Below, one piece after another: positions 18,388-28,586 of a stretch of 64,000 nt of DNA (position 1 is the first letter of the stretch; each line of letters opens with the position of its first letter). The stretch is taken from the NCBI GenBank assembly GCA_002631855.1, contig NTLF01000014.1, forward strand, positions 297,951 to 361,950, given 5' to 3'. The notes below the pieces were generated by a model, which saw only the letters and a list, made by a program, of their open reading frames with translations, did no database searches and was not told the origin of the DNA. The stretch comes from Zunongwangia sp. ESRF-bin46. GTDB taxonomy: Bacteria > Bacteroidota > Bacteroidia > Flavobacteriales > Flavobacteriaceae. A program made the translations under genes and the position numbers.

Positions 18388-20103
18388 TTAGGCAACATTT
18401 TTAATATTCTTGATGTAGAAAGAAGGATTTAGCCCAGTATCTTTTTTGAAGTATTTTGTAAACGAGTCGGCAGATTTATAGCCTACTTCTTCAGCGATAG
18501 ATTGAATGGAGTAGGACCTAAAAATAACATCGTCCTTTAACCGGACAATGGTATAATTAATACGAAGGTCATTAATATAAGTGTTGAAGTTTTTTCCGAA
18601 GTGCGAATTAATCACTTTAGAAAGATACGAAGTATTGGTGTTTATCTTTTTGGCAACATTGTATGAGTTGCAATCCTGTTTTAAAAAATACTCTTGTTTT
18701 TCCAATTTTTTTAATCCGTTGAGTATTTGTTGTTTGGTTTCTTCAGGAACATCAGTACTGTTTTTTTCTTCCAGTACTTCGTCCTTGGTATCAATGATAT
18801 CTTCGGGTTTCTCGGCAGCTTTAATTTTTGCCAATAAGGCTTCAAATTTTGCTTCGTTCGCTTTCTTGTTTCGGTAAAATTTCAGCAACAGAAACAGAAG
18901 TATTAAAATAATTATAGAGCCTCCCAGTAATAAATAGTTAAGTTTTGATTGGCTTTTTTCTTTTTCGGAAACCAAAGCATCAAAATCTTTTTTGAAAGCG
19001 GCTCTTTCTTTTTTAATAAAGCTTTCCTTAGCGTTTTCTTTTAATTTATTAAATTCAGCTTGTGTGGTAAGGTATTTTTCATAATAATAACTTGCCCTTT
19101 CAAAATCACCTGTGTGCTTATAGGCTTCGGCCAGCTTTTCGTAATAATCCCTCATGAAACCTTCTTCTGCAGCAGTTACTTGATAATCATCAAGACCTTG
19201 TTGTAATATTCTAATTGCTTCATGATAATTTTTTGCGCCAACCTCTATTTTACCAAAAGCATATGCTTTGTTTAGTTGTATTAAATCATATTCGCTAGGG
19301 CAAATCGTGTATGCTTTTCTATAAGCTTTTCTAGCAGTTTCAAACTTTTTTTCTTTATAAGCTATCTCTGCATCTATACTATAAGAAAAGCCCAAATAGC
19401 AAGAGTCAAGTTCTTTTTCTTGAAATTGTTTAACGTATTCGTTATATAATTTTGCGGAGTCTAGTTGCTCTAATTTAATGTGTGAAAATGCTAAACTCCC
19501 ATATAATGAAACAATAGCACTGTTCTTTTTTATTTGAGTAAAATTTGAATCTAACGGTTTATTCTGGTAATACTTTAATGATTTTTTCCGAATGGCTATA
19601 GCCTTTTTTGTGTTTCCACTTAGATCTTGAACACCAGCTATTTTATTAAGTGCGGTTTCCCTATATTGTTCATTATTTTGAGCTTTTGCAAGTTTTAACA
19701 ACTCGTTATAATAGTACAATTGTTTATCAACAGTCGTCGCTATACTTTGCAAATCACCAAGTAATGTAAGAGCTCTCATCTCCATTTTTGGGAGGTTGTT
19801 TTCTCTGGCAAAGGCAAGTGTTTTTTCAGATTGTTCATTGGCCTCTTTATACATTCTGAAATTAACATAGATTAAGGCTACAGATTCCATCCCTAACCAT
19901 TCTTCGGTTTTATCATCTTCTCTTTTTCCTTTTAAAATATAAGCTTCAGAAGCTTTGATAGCTTTCGGCATATTAGAAAACTCATATTTATGAATGGAGT
20001 CCCTAATAGCATCAAAAGACAATCGAGATAGCTCTTCTTCGGTCTGCGAAAATGAAAAAGACACAAGTGTGACAGCGAAAAAAAGAAATAGGTAATTTCT
20101 CAT
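18388..20103 (-). CDS. Membrane-spanning one-component regulator: signal peptide, TPR sensor, TM, AraC HTH
   Basis: TPR-like helices (YYEKLAEAYKHTGDFERASYYYEKY), TM YLLLGGSIIILILLFLLL, C-terminal AraC NTSYLSKVIN...IAEEVGYKSADSFTKYFKK; ATG 20103 preferred. Confidence 0.9.
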   Translation of the reverse strand: MRNYLFLFFAVTLVSFSFSQTEEELSRLSFDAIRDSIHKYEFSNMPKAIKASEAYILKGKREDDKTEEWLGMESVALIYVNFRMYKEANEQSEKTLAFARENNLPKMEMRALTLLGDLQSIATTVDKQLYYYNELLKLAKAQNNEQYRETALNKIAGVQDLSGNTKKAIAIRKKSLKYYQNKPLDSNFTQIKKNSAIVSLYGSLAFSHIKLEQLDSAKLYNEYVKQFQEKELDSCYLGFSYSIDAEIAYKEKKFETARKAYRKAYTICPSEYDLIQLNKAYAFGKIEVGAKNYHEAIRILQQGLDDYQVTAAEEGFMRDYYEKLAEAYKHTGDFERASYYYEKYLTTQAEFNKLKENAKESFIKKERAAFKKDFDALVSEKEKSQSKLNYLLLGGSIIILILLFLLLKFYRNKKANEAKFEALLAKIKAAEKPEDIIDTKDEVLEEKNSTDVPEETKQQILNGLKKLEKQEYFLKQDCNSYNVAKKINTNTSYLSKVINSHFGKNFNTYINDLRINYTIVRLKDDVIFRSYSIQSIAEEVGYKSADSFTKYFKKDTGLNPSFYIKNIKNVA

Positions 20104-20159
20104 AAATTGTAAGTAGCCAAAAACGGAATTTTGTAACAATAAAACTCAAAGATACCAAT

Positions 20160-21236
20160 TTAAAACAAACGCATTTGCGGGTTTTTCAGGTCTAAATAAT
20201 GTTTCGTTTCTAAAGATGGTATTTCTCTATCTTTTAAATACTTATTTTTTGCAATCGCCATTGTGTTTTTAACCTGTGTAGCAATTGTTCCTTCGCCGCG
20301 CATGCGTCTGCCCCATTGGCTATCGTTTAAGGCGCCTCCGTGACATTCAGCGATTTGGTTGAGAATTCTATCGGCACGGTCTGGTATGGTTTTACGAGCC
20401 CAATCTTCAAAGATTGTAGCTATTTGACCATTAAGCCGAACAATAGTATAGGAAACCCCTTTCGCCCCTAATTCGGAAACTTTCTTAACCAACGGAAGTA
20501 TTTCATGACTGTTTAATGAAGGAATAATTGGCGCCATCATCACCCGAACCGGAATTCCGTTTTCTGAAAGTACTTCAACTGCTTTTAAGCGTTGCTTGAT
20601 ACTTGCCGTTCGGGGCTCTAATAATCGACGGGTCTCTTCAGCCAACGATGTTATTGAAATATTTACTGAAATAATATTCAGTTTTGCCATTTCTTTCAGG
20701 ATATCTAAATCCCGTAATAACAAAGCATTTTTGGTAATAATACCTGTTGGGTGTTTCCATTTTAGCATTACTTCAAGACATTTTCGAGTTATCTGAAGTT
20801 TACGCTCTATGGGTTGGTAACAGTCTGTATTCCCGCTAAAGACAATGGGTTTTGGTTTCCAGGATCTGCTTTTCAGTTTTTTTTCTAAAAGCTCTGGTGC
20901 ATTCTTTTTAACTAAAATGGTGCGTTCAAAATCGAGACCAGCACCGTATCCCCAATACTCGTGACTATTACGAGCGTAACAATACACACAACCATGTTCG
21001 CAACCTTGATAAGGATTAGCCGAATAGCCCATCCCAACATCGGGGCTATCTACTTTATTGACAAAGGTTTTAGGAAACACATCGATGTATTTGGTTTTAT
21101 TGGCATCGACTTCTTCACCTTCAGCTTCGCAGTAATTTAAAAAGTCGTCACGAACTTCGTGGCTTAATTCAAAAAACCGATTGTGAACACGCTTTTGCGC
21201 GCCGCGACCTTTTATGTGGTTTTCAGAATTGGACAT
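20160..21236 (-). CDS. PA0069 family (SplB-like) radical SAM protein
   Basis: NPYQGCEHGCVYCYAR CxxxCxxC, SGNTDCYQP, LEPRTAS. Confidence 0.92.
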   Translation of the reverse strand: MSNSENHIKGRGAQKRVHNRFFELSHEVRDDFLNYCEAEGEEVDANKTKYIDVFPKTFVNKVDSPDVGMGYSANPYQGCEHGCVYCYARNSHEYWGYGAGLDFERTILVKKNAPELLEKKLKSRSWKPKPIVFSGNTDCYQPIERKLQITRKCLEVMLKWKHPTGIITKNALLLRDLDILKEMAKLNIISVNISITSLAEETRRLLEPRTASIKQRLKAVEVLSENGIPVRVMMAPIIPSLNSHEILPLVKKVSELGAKGVSYTIVRLNGQIATIFEDWARKTIPDRADRILNQIAECHGGALNDSQWGRRMRGEGTIATQVKNTMAIAKNKYLKDREIPSLETKHYLDLKNPQMRLF

Positions 21237-21271
21237 AAAAAAACTTTGAAGTGATTGAATACTTCAAAGTT
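21237..21271 (-). terminator. Intrinsic terminator after the Xaa-Pro dipeptidyl peptidase gene, abutting the radical SAM ATG
   Basis: AACTTTGAAGT-8 nt-ACTTCAAAGTT perfect 11-bp stem with U tract ending at the ATG; the upstream arm contains -7 box TAACTTTG (21272-21265). Confidence 0.75.
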
Positions 21272-21283
21272 AATTATATTATT

Positions 21284-21315
21284 GGAAATATTCCTTTTTA
21301 AATTGGAATAATTCC
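21284..21315. promoter_or_regulatory. Two GGA-N5-TCC boxes (Bacteroidota SOS/LexA-like operator)
   Basis: GGAAATATTCC at 21284-21294 and GGAATAATTCC at 21305-21315, 21 bp apart, upstream of a DNA-repair-type radical SAM gene. Confidence 0.7.
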
Positions 21316-21317
21316 GT

Positions 21318-23138
21318 TTATTTGATTGCTTTCTCAAAAGCTTCCTTTCCACCAACTACAGGAATTTCAATACTGGTTTCGTCTAGATCGATTGTCAATT
21401 CTGTACCTGGTTTAGGTAAAAGCGTGAATTTATTATCACTCGAAAAAATCATCAACCCAATTTGTTGTCCAGCAGGAATTACTTGATCATCTGGGATAAG
21501 GTCGAAAGATAGTTCATAAAACTTGCCTAGCTTTAAGGGTTCACTCTCGGTAAGCGATTTGTGATTCTGTGGATCTGCCCAACCTCTAGTAATGATATTT
21601 TCGGTCATTTTTGCCTTTTTATCTTTGTTCCAAGGCAAAGAAACCATCCAAACAGAAAGATTTGCTGCAGGTTTGCTACTGGCCAATTTAATTTTAAGCG
21701 TTGACAATCCAGAAAGATGGATGTCTTCTTTTAAAATTGGGGTAACGAATAATAAGCGATGATCAGAATTTGCTAATTGTGCCAATGAATCGCCAGACAA
21801 AGTATAATCATCTATCAAGGTTTGTTTACCCTGTTTTTTTATTTTTTTAGTGTTTAACAACCCTGTTTTGCGGCCATCATTTTGTAAATATAATGTAACA
21901 TCTTCAGCATCGGGGTTTGGGTAATTTTCATAAGCTGTTGGGTTGTCATTTTTGTCGTTTTCTCTTACAATGTAAGCTTTTGGCCCTTTCTCAGCTCCGT
22001 TATCAATCCCAAAAAGATATTTTGTAAACCAACGATTCATCATCGATACTGGCGGTGGCCCACCATGACCATATTGATGATAATAAATTTTTGTAGGCAG
22101 TCCCATTTCTTCCGCAGCTTTGTAGATACGATAACTATGCTCGGGCATTACATTCCAATCGTTGAAACCATGAGACATAAATAATGCGGCCTTCATAGGT
22201 TTCATATCGTTTAAATAATCACGGCCTGCCCAGAATTCGTTGTAATCACCTGTTTTACGGTCAATACCGTTTCGTATTTCGGTGTCGCGATATACAGAAT
22301 CTGCATATGCTCTTTTAGACTCATCACCGCTATTGATAAAATCATAAAGCACATCAACATCTTCTCCTAAATATCCGCCTGGCGAACGTACCAATCCATT
22401 CGATCTATAATAATGATAATAAGAAGTATTTGGTGCAATAGGAATAATCGCCTCCAAGCCTTCAACACCTGTAGTGGCTGCTGCGAGCGGAAGCGTTCCG
22501 TTATATGATGTACCTGTCATCCCAACTTTTCCAGTAGTCCAATAAGCCTTAACTTCTTCATCTCCGTAAGGTGTTTTGTAACCTTTCGCGCGTCCGTTGA
22601 GCCAATCGATTACAGCTTTTGGCGCCAAAGATTCATTATCGCCACCAACTGTTGGTGAACCTTGCGAAAGCCCTGTTCCTGGCGATGAGGAATGCACCAC
22701 AATATATCCTCTAGGCACCCATGTACGTATTTTTGAGTTTGAAATAATAGGTCGTTCTCCCCTTCTCGTTACAGAAGGATGAACTATTTCTTTTCCAGAC
22801 TCGCCTAATTCGTGATGTACGTCATGAAAAGCACCCTCTACATTTGGTGCTACACCTGCAAAATAAGGACTTGATTCATATACTACAGGAAGCTTCAACC
22901 CTTCCGTTTCAGTTTGTTTAGGTCTTGTTACACCTACGTGCATTCTATCTAGCTTATTGTCGCCATCGGTGTCGAAGGTGGTTTCAACCCAAAGGTCTTC
23001 ACGTATCCAGTCTTTCGGGTTTTCAAAAGCCGGAACAACCTGTGCTTCGCCATCTTTAAAAGTGGGTTTTGCCTTTTCTTGGGCTGTTATGCTAAACGCA
23101 ACGGTCCAAACGATAAGAAATAGGATATATTTTTTCAT
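21318..23138 (-). CDS. Xaa-Pro dipeptidyl-peptidase (S15, PepX/CocE-NonD family), exported
   Basis: Signal peptide; GMTGTSYNGT nucleophile motif, SHGFNDWNV, PepX C-terminal domain ITRGWADPQN. Confidence 0.9.
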   Translation of the reverse strand: MKKYILFLIVWTVAFSITAQEKAKPTFKDGEAQVVPAFENPKDWIREDLWVETTFDTDGDNKLDRMHVGVTRPKQTETEGLKLPVVYESSPYFAGVAPNVEGAFHDVHHELGESGKEIVHPSVTRRGERPIISNSKIRTWVPRGYIVVHSSSPGTGLSQGSPTVGGDNESLAPKAVIDWLNGRAKGYKTPYGDEEVKAYWTTGKVGMTGTSYNGTLPLAAATTGVEGLEAIIPIAPNTSYYHYYRSNGLVRSPGGYLGEDVDVLYDFINSGDESKRAYADSVYRDTEIRNGIDRKTGDYNEFWAGRDYLNDMKPMKAALFMSHGFNDWNVMPEHSYRIYKAAEEMGLPTKIYYHQYGHGGPPPVSMMNRWFTKYLFGIDNGAEKGPKAYIVRENDKNDNPTAYENYPNPDAEDVTLYLQNDGRKTGLLNTKKIKKQGKQTLIDDYTLSGDSLAQLANSDHRLLFVTPILKEDIHLSGLSTLKIKLASSKPAANLSVWMVSLPWNKDKKAKMTENIITRGWADPQNHKSLTESEPLKLGKFYELSFDLIPDDQVIPAGQQIGLMIFSSDNKFTLLPKPGTELTIDLDETSIEIPVVGGKEAFEKAIK

Positions 23139-23150
23139 TGTGTTTAGGTT

Positions 23151-23933
23151 TTATTGCCCAGGAAATTTCGGTTTACGTTTTTCTAAAAAGGCACTCGTTC
23201 CTTCTTTAAAATCTGCTGTACCGAAACATTTTCCAAATTCGGTGATTTCGGTTTCAAAACCATTTTCACCTGCTTCAAATCCGGCGTTTATCGATGCTAT
23301 AGCCGATGCAACTGCTACTGAAGAGTTTTTCATGATTTTTCCAGCAATTTTTAATGCTAAATCCATTACTTCCTCTTGAGAGGTTACATGATTTACCAAA
23401 CCATATTCTAAGGCTTGAGCAGCGTCGATCATTCCTGCAGTCATAATCATTTCCATAGCACGGCCTTTACCTACTAATTGTGGTAAACGCTGCGTACCTC
23501 CATAACCAGGAATAACTCCTAATGAAACTTCAGGAAGTCCCATTTTAGCATTATCGCTAGCAATTCTGAAATGTGCCGCCATTGCTAACTCTAAACCTCC
23601 ACCTAAAGCAAAGCCATTGACCACAGCAATAACAGGTGTGGAAAGATGCGCCACAAAATCGAACAACTTTGCTTGACCTTTTGCTGCCAATTGCTCTCCT
23701 TGCACTACGGAATACCCTGCAAATTCACTAATATCAGCTCCCGCAACAAATGCTTTTTCACCACTTCCAGTAATGATAATTACCTTCGTATCAAAATCAT
23801 CTTCAGCTTTCTTAAAAGCTTCGTGAAGCTCTTGAATGGTGTCCCTATTAAGGGCATTTAGTTTTTTTGGGCGATCAATGGTTATAGTAGTAATACCATC
23901 ATCATATTGGTAGGTAATGTTTTCGAAATCCAT
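23151..23933 (-). CDS. Enoyl-CoA hydratase/crotonase
   Basis: KAFVAGADI, GFALGGGLELA, GLPEVSLGVIPGYGGTQRL. Confidence 0.93.
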   Translation of the reverse strand: MDFENITYQYDDGITTITIDRPKKLNALNRDTIQELHEAFKKAEDDFDTKVIIITGSGEKAFVAGADISEFAGYSVVQGEQLAAKGQAKLFDFVAHLSTPVIAVVNGFALGGGLELAMAAHFRIASDNAKMGLPEVSLGVIPGYGGTQRLPQLVGKGRAMEMIMTAGMIDAAQALEYGLVNHVTSQEEVMDLALKIAGKIMKNSSVAVASAIASINAGFEAGENGFETEITEFGKCFGTADFKEGTSAFLEKRKPKFPGQ

Positions 23934-23984
23934 AATCTATATTTCTTTTTCAGTTTTTTTGTTATTGTAAAAATACGAAATTGC

Positions 23985-25445
23985 CTATAACTGTCTCTTA
24001 AACCGAACGGTAAATGTAGCACCTTCTCCTTCTTCAGATTTCAAGGTTATTGTACCCCCATAGGTTTCTACAATGTTTTTTACCATTGCCAGGCCTAATC
24101 CCATTCCACTGGATTTGGTTGTAAACTTAGGTTCAAAGACTTTTTCCTTGTTGTTTTCTGAAATTCCCAAACCATTGTCACAAATGCTTATTGAAACATA
24201 TTTATCTTCAGCAGATACAATAACTTTAATGAGTGGTATTTCTGGTTTTGCTTGCTCAATAGCTTGAATACTGTTCTTAACAAGATTTGTTACTACTCTA
24301 ATTAACTGTGTACGATCAAACTTGGCGATGATCTCTTCTTCTTCGGAATGAAACTCAATGTAATCCTCATTAAAAATATCGAGTGCCAGCTTAGTTATTT
24401 TCACCACATTAAGTGTTTCATCTTGCTGAGCGGGCATTTTTGCATAGTTTGAAAATGCTTCAGCTATGGAACTCATCGTATCGATTTGCTGAATGAGGGT
24501 TTTACTGTATTCATCCAACCGCTCTTCTATGTTAGGATCGTTTTGATTAAACTTCCGTTGAAAACTCTGCACTGTTAATCGCATGGGCGTCAACGGGTTT
24601 TTAATTTCATGTGCTACTTGTTTTGCCATTTCACGCCAAGCAGCCTCACGCTCACTGGTTGCTAATTGAGCAGCACTATTTTCCAGTTCTTCAATCATAC
24701 CATTATAGGCGTTAACTAGAGTTGAAATTTCTTCAGTAGTGGTATCAATTAATATTTTTTGATTGCGTTTGTTCAACCGGGTTTCGGTTATCTTTTCACT
24801 AATGGTATTTAATGACTTTGTAATGTATTTTGAAAGAAAATAGGCCAAGGCAATAGCGATCAATAACATTAACAGGTATGCCATCCCTAACCGACTTAAA
24901 TTTTGTTTCAGTTCTTTTTTTATAAACCCATCATCTTCAATATAAGGAAGGTTGAGTATTGCCAAGGGTTTAAAGTAATTATCGGTTATGTATGAATAAG
25001 AAGATTGAAACTCCTGTCCGTCTTCAGTGAAGTTTTTTACATAGTGTTTATTGGATGAATTTCGTAATTGCTTTAAAGCAGAATCCGGCATTTTTTGATT
25101 GGATGTATCTTTTAAAAAAGATGCTTTCGAAGATTTTAAAAGGTTTCCGTCGAGGTCATATAAATAAATTTCAAGATTGTGGATTTCCTTGATTTCATAG
25201 ATTTCATCTTTGAAAATAAGCGGAATTTTATCAGTTTCAACTGGGTAGGTTGTTTCTTTTAAAACGTAATTTATGTTTTCACGAATGGCAGTTTCTTTAC
25301 GCTCTAATCGATCACGATGATAATCTTTTGCTTCCTCTTGATATTGATACACCGTTACCAAGGCAATTAATATAGAAGCTCCAACGACCAACAAGAGCAT
25401 TGAAAAGAAAATACGATTGCGCAGGGAATGCCTAAATAGTTTCAT
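23985..25445 (-). CDS. Membrane sensor histidine kinase with HAMP (NtrY-like)
   Basis: Two TMs, H box AHEIKNPLTP, N box NLVKNS, DNGLG, F and G2 boxes GMGLGL. Confidence 0.93.
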   Translation of the reverse strand: MKLFRHSLRNRIFFSMLLLVVGASILIALVTVYQYQEEAKDYHRDRLERKETAIRENINYVLKETTYPVETDKIPLIFKDEIYEIKEIHNLEIYLYDLDGNLLKSSKASFLKDTSNQKMPDSALKQLRNSSNKHYVKNFTEDGQEFQSSYSYITDNYFKPLAILNLPYIEDDGFIKKELKQNLSRLGMAYLLMLLIAIALAYFLSKYITKSLNTISEKITETRLNKRNQKILIDTTTEEISTLVNAYNGMIEELENSAAQLATSEREAAWREMAKQVAHEIKNPLTPMRLTVQSFQRKFNQNDPNIEERLDEYSKTLIQQIDTMSSIAEAFSNYAKMPAQQDETLNVVKITKLALDIFNEDYIEFHSEEEEIIAKFDRTQLIRVVTNLVKNSIQAIEQAKPEIPLIKVIVSAEDKYVSISICDNGLGISENNKEKVFEPKFTTKSSGMGLGLAMVKNIVETYGGTITLKSEEGEGATFTVRFKRQL

Positions 25446-25511
25446 GAAGTGTATTTCTAAACGAAAGATAACAATAATTGCACCAATTTTCTTCCGAAGA
25501 AAGGCAACAGT

Positions 25512-26045
25512 TTATTTTTCGCGAAGTCGTTTGTAAAATTTGTAGCCCAACATCAACAAAACTGAAAATGCAATAATACCCAAAACACCATATATCCAGT
25601 TTACAGCATTACGTAACATTACCAAAAAGATGACAGCAAATAAGATGATGGTTGCGCCTTCATTGAACAATCGCATAAAGTTTGAAGAATGCTTTACAAT
25701 ACCTTTTTGAAGCTGTTTGTAAATTTGGTGGCATTTTAAATGATATAAAATCAAAAGAAACACAAAGCCTAATTTTACTTGCATCCAAGCATCGGTTAAG
25801 TAAAATGGCCGTAACAAAATTAACCAAATGGCAAACCCAATAGCCAATATTGCCGAGGGCCACGTAATGATAGTCCAAAGCCGATTGGCCATGATTTTGA
25901 GTTGATTTCCTAAAATTTCTTTTTCAGGTGAAGTTTTTTCAGTAGCTTCAATTTGATATACAAAAAGCCGGACGATGTAAAATAATCCCGCAAACCAGGT
26001 GATTACAAAAATTAAATGCAGGGCTTTTATATAGTTGTATTCCAT
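25512..26045 (-). CDS. hemJ: Protoporphyrinogen IX oxidase HemJ (CopD-like family)
   Basis: KALHLIFVITWFAGLFYIVRLFVY, WMQVKL, RLFNE; located in the heme cluster. Confidence 0.85.
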   Translation of the reverse strand: MEYNYIKALHLIFVITWFAGLFYIVRLFVYQIEATEKTSPEKEILGNQLKIMANRLWTIITWPSAILAIGFAIWLILLRPFYLTDAWMQVKLGFVFLLILYHLKCHQIYKQLQKGIVKHSSNFMRLFNEGATIILFAVIFLVMLRNAVNWIYGVLGIIAFSVLLMLGYKFYKRLREK

Positions 26046-26090
26046 TTTTCAAAGGTACTAATTTAGAGGCTTCAAAAATTATATCTGAAA

Positions 26091-27437
26091 TTACTCAATC
26101 AATGTCTTTCTAACCTCCCGATTCAGAAAATACCCTGTTACTATAGTTGACAGAACATCGGCGATCGGGAACGATATCCAAACACCTAATTCGCCAAAAA
26201 AGTTAGGTAAAATTAAAATTAACGGAACAAAGAAAAATCCTTGTCTGGTAAGTGTTAATAATAATGCCGGCGTGGCTTTTCCAATGGCCTGAAAATAAGC
26301 TGACCCTATTAATTGAATTGCAATTATAGGAATTGCTAAAAACACCCAACGCATTGCTGAAGGCGTTTCAGCCAAAATAACTTCATCTGTTGTAAAGACT
26401 AAAACAATGGCATCTGGGAAGACCATAATCAAGATAAAAATCACTAAAGCAATTAAGCCAGCATACTTTATGGCTTTATTGATACTTTCCCTAACCCTTG
26501 GAAATTTATTAGCCCCGTAATTATATCCGGCAATGGGTAGAAACCCTTGTGTAACACCTAAAACAGGGAATAAAGCGAACATAAGCATACGCCCAATTAT
26601 TCCGTACATAGTCACCGAAGCTTCTCCTCCTAAATTAAAGAGAATATTGTTCATCAATAAATACGTAATACTTACAACCGCTTGTCGTGCTAAGGTTACA
26701 AAACCTAAAGCGCTTATTTCTTTTAAAATTGCCTTGTTGAGCCCAAAATGAGAAAAACTGATACGTAATTCAGATCGGTCACTTAAAAAGAACCAAAGTA
26801 TAAACAGAAAACACAACACATATGATGCTGTTGAAGCCCAAGCTGCCCCTGCCATTCCCATATCGAAGACATAAATTAAAATATAATCTAAGAACAAATT
26901 ACCTACTGATGGGATAATCATAGCAATCATAGCAATCTTTGGCTTCCCTTCGGCACGTATTACATTGTTCCCCATCATGGAAAGTGCCAAAACAGGAACC
27001 CCATACAATACAATGCGGTAGTAAATTTTAGCAGGTTCAAAGATGTCGCCTTTTCCTCCAAAAGCAGGGATTAACTCATTTACAAAGTAAAGACCAATGG
27101 CTGCCATTACAATTGTAATCAATAGGGTAAGGGTAATCTGATTTCCGAAGGTTTTAAGGGCTTTTTCTTTGTTATTGGCTCCCAATGCCCTAGATATAAT
27201 GGAAGAACCCCCAATACCAATGGCCATCCCCAAGGCGGCAATAAAAAAGGAAACAGGTAATACTACATTAATGGCTGCAATAGCAATAGAACCAATCCAG
27301 TTCCCTACAAAAATGGTGTCGACTAGAATATTTAATGACATCACCAAGATACCTATTGAAGCAGGAACAGACTGCTTGACCAATAGTTTACTAATGGGTT
27401 CTGTACCTAAACTGGCCGAACGGTTTTGTAATGCCAT
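26091..27437 (-). CDS. MATE family efflux transporter (MepA-like)
   Basis: 12 TM; LNILVDTIFVGN, RAEGKPK, GMAGAAWAS, WISFPIAD. Confidence 0.92.
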   Translation of the reverse strand: MALQNRSASLGTEPISKLLVKQSVPASIGILVMSLNILVDTIFVGNWIGSIAIAAINVVLPVSFFIAALGMAIGIGGSSIISRALGANNKEKALKTFGNQITLTLLITIVMAAIGLYFVNELIPAFGGKGDIFEPAKIYYRIVLYGVPVLALSMMGNNVIRAEGKPKIAMIAMIIPSVGNLFLDYILIYVFDMGMAGAAWASTASYVLCFLFILWFFLSDRSELRISFSHFGLNKAILKEISALGFVTLARQAVVSITYLLMNNILFNLGGEASVTMYGIIGRMLMFALFPVLGVTQGFLPIAGYNYGANKFPRVRESINKAIKYAGLIALVIFILIMVFPDAIVLVFTTDEVILAETPSAMRWVFLAIPIIAIQLIGSAYFQAIGKATPALLLTLTRQGFFFVPLILILPNFFGELGVWISFPIADVLSTIVTGYFLNREVRKTLIE

Positions 27438-27456
27438 TAACTATTAAATTAGGTTT

Positions 27457-28497
27457 TTATGCTATCGCTTTGTCTACATCGACAATACGCCATTCATCGA
27501 TCCAACCAGCGAGTAATTGAGCAAAATCGTCCCGATCATTTAAGCAAGGGACGGTTGTAAACTCTTTTCCTCCGGTTTCGTGGAATATTTCTTCGCCTTC
27601 CATCGCAATTTCTTCTAAAGTTTCAAGACAATCACTCACGAAAGCTGGGGTTACGACCGCCAATTTTTTTATTCCAGCTTTTCCCATACGTTCAATCGTA
27701 CGGTCGGTATACGGTTGTAGCCATGGGTCAAATCCCAATCGAGACTGGAAAGAAACAGAATAACTATTTTCTTTTAAGCCCAATTTTTCAGCAACCAACC
27801 GTGTGGTTTCAAAACATTGGTGACGATAACAATATTGGTGTGCTTTTGAAGAGGTGACACAACAAGTTCCATCAATTTTGCAATGGCTATTTGTTATATC
27901 GCTTTTTTTAATATGTCGTTCTGGGACACCGTGGTAACTGAATAATAAATGTTCGTAATCCAAGTCTTGAATATGCTCTTGAATACTTTTGGAAAGCACC
28001 TCAATATACTCTGGTCTGTTATAAAATGCAGGTAACGATGATATTTTTAACTGCGGAAAAAATTCTTCTCGAAGCTCTTCTACTTTCACGTCTATCGTTT
28101 CGGTAGTTGCCATGGCAAATTGTGGATATAACGGAATTACCAAAACCTCATCAACGCCTTGATCAACCAAATTTTGCAATCCTTTTTTCAACGTCATACT
28201 TCCATAGCGCATGGCTAATGATACCGGTAGCGTTACTTTATCTTGTACTTTTTCTTGTAGTCGTTCAGAAAGGACAATCAACGGCGAACCTTCATCCCAC
28301 CATATTTTTTGATAGGCTTCAGCACTTTTTTTAGGTCTGGTATTTAAAATAATACCTCGAACAATTAATATTCTTGCCCATCGAGGTACATCTATCACGC
28401 GTGGATCCATTAAAAACTCATCCAGATATTTTTTAACATCTTTAGGGTTGGTACTATCGGGCGAGCCAAGGTTAACAAGGAGGACTCCTTTTTTCAT
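27457..28497 (-). CDS. hemH: Ferrochelatase
   Basis: GVLLVNLGSP, LFSYHGVP, SFQSRLG, FVSDCLETLEEI; ATG 28497 preferred. Confidence 0.95.
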   Translation of the reverse strand: MKKGVLLVNLGSPDSTNPKDVKKYLDEFLMDPRVIDVPRWARILIVRGIILNTRPKKSAEAYQKIWWDEGSPLIVLSERLQEKVQDKVTLPVSLAMRYGSMTLKKGLQNLVDQGVDEVLVIPLYPQFAMATTETIDVKVEELREEFFPQLKISSLPAFYNRPEYIEVLSKSIQEHIQDLDYEHLLFSYHGVPERHIKKSDITNSHCKIDGTCCVTSSKAHQYCYRHQCFETTRLVAEKLGLKENSYSVSFQSRLGFDPWLQPYTDRTIERMGKAGIKKLAVVTPAFVSDCLETLEEIAMEGEEIFHETGGKEFTTVPCLNDRDDFAQLLAGWIDEWRIVDVDKAIA

Positions 28498-28586
28498 ATC
28501 GAATTTTTCTGTTGCAAAATTACTCGTATTAAAATGAATTATCAAACACCTGAAACATATAAAAACTATAAAGTTATTTGTGTTTC

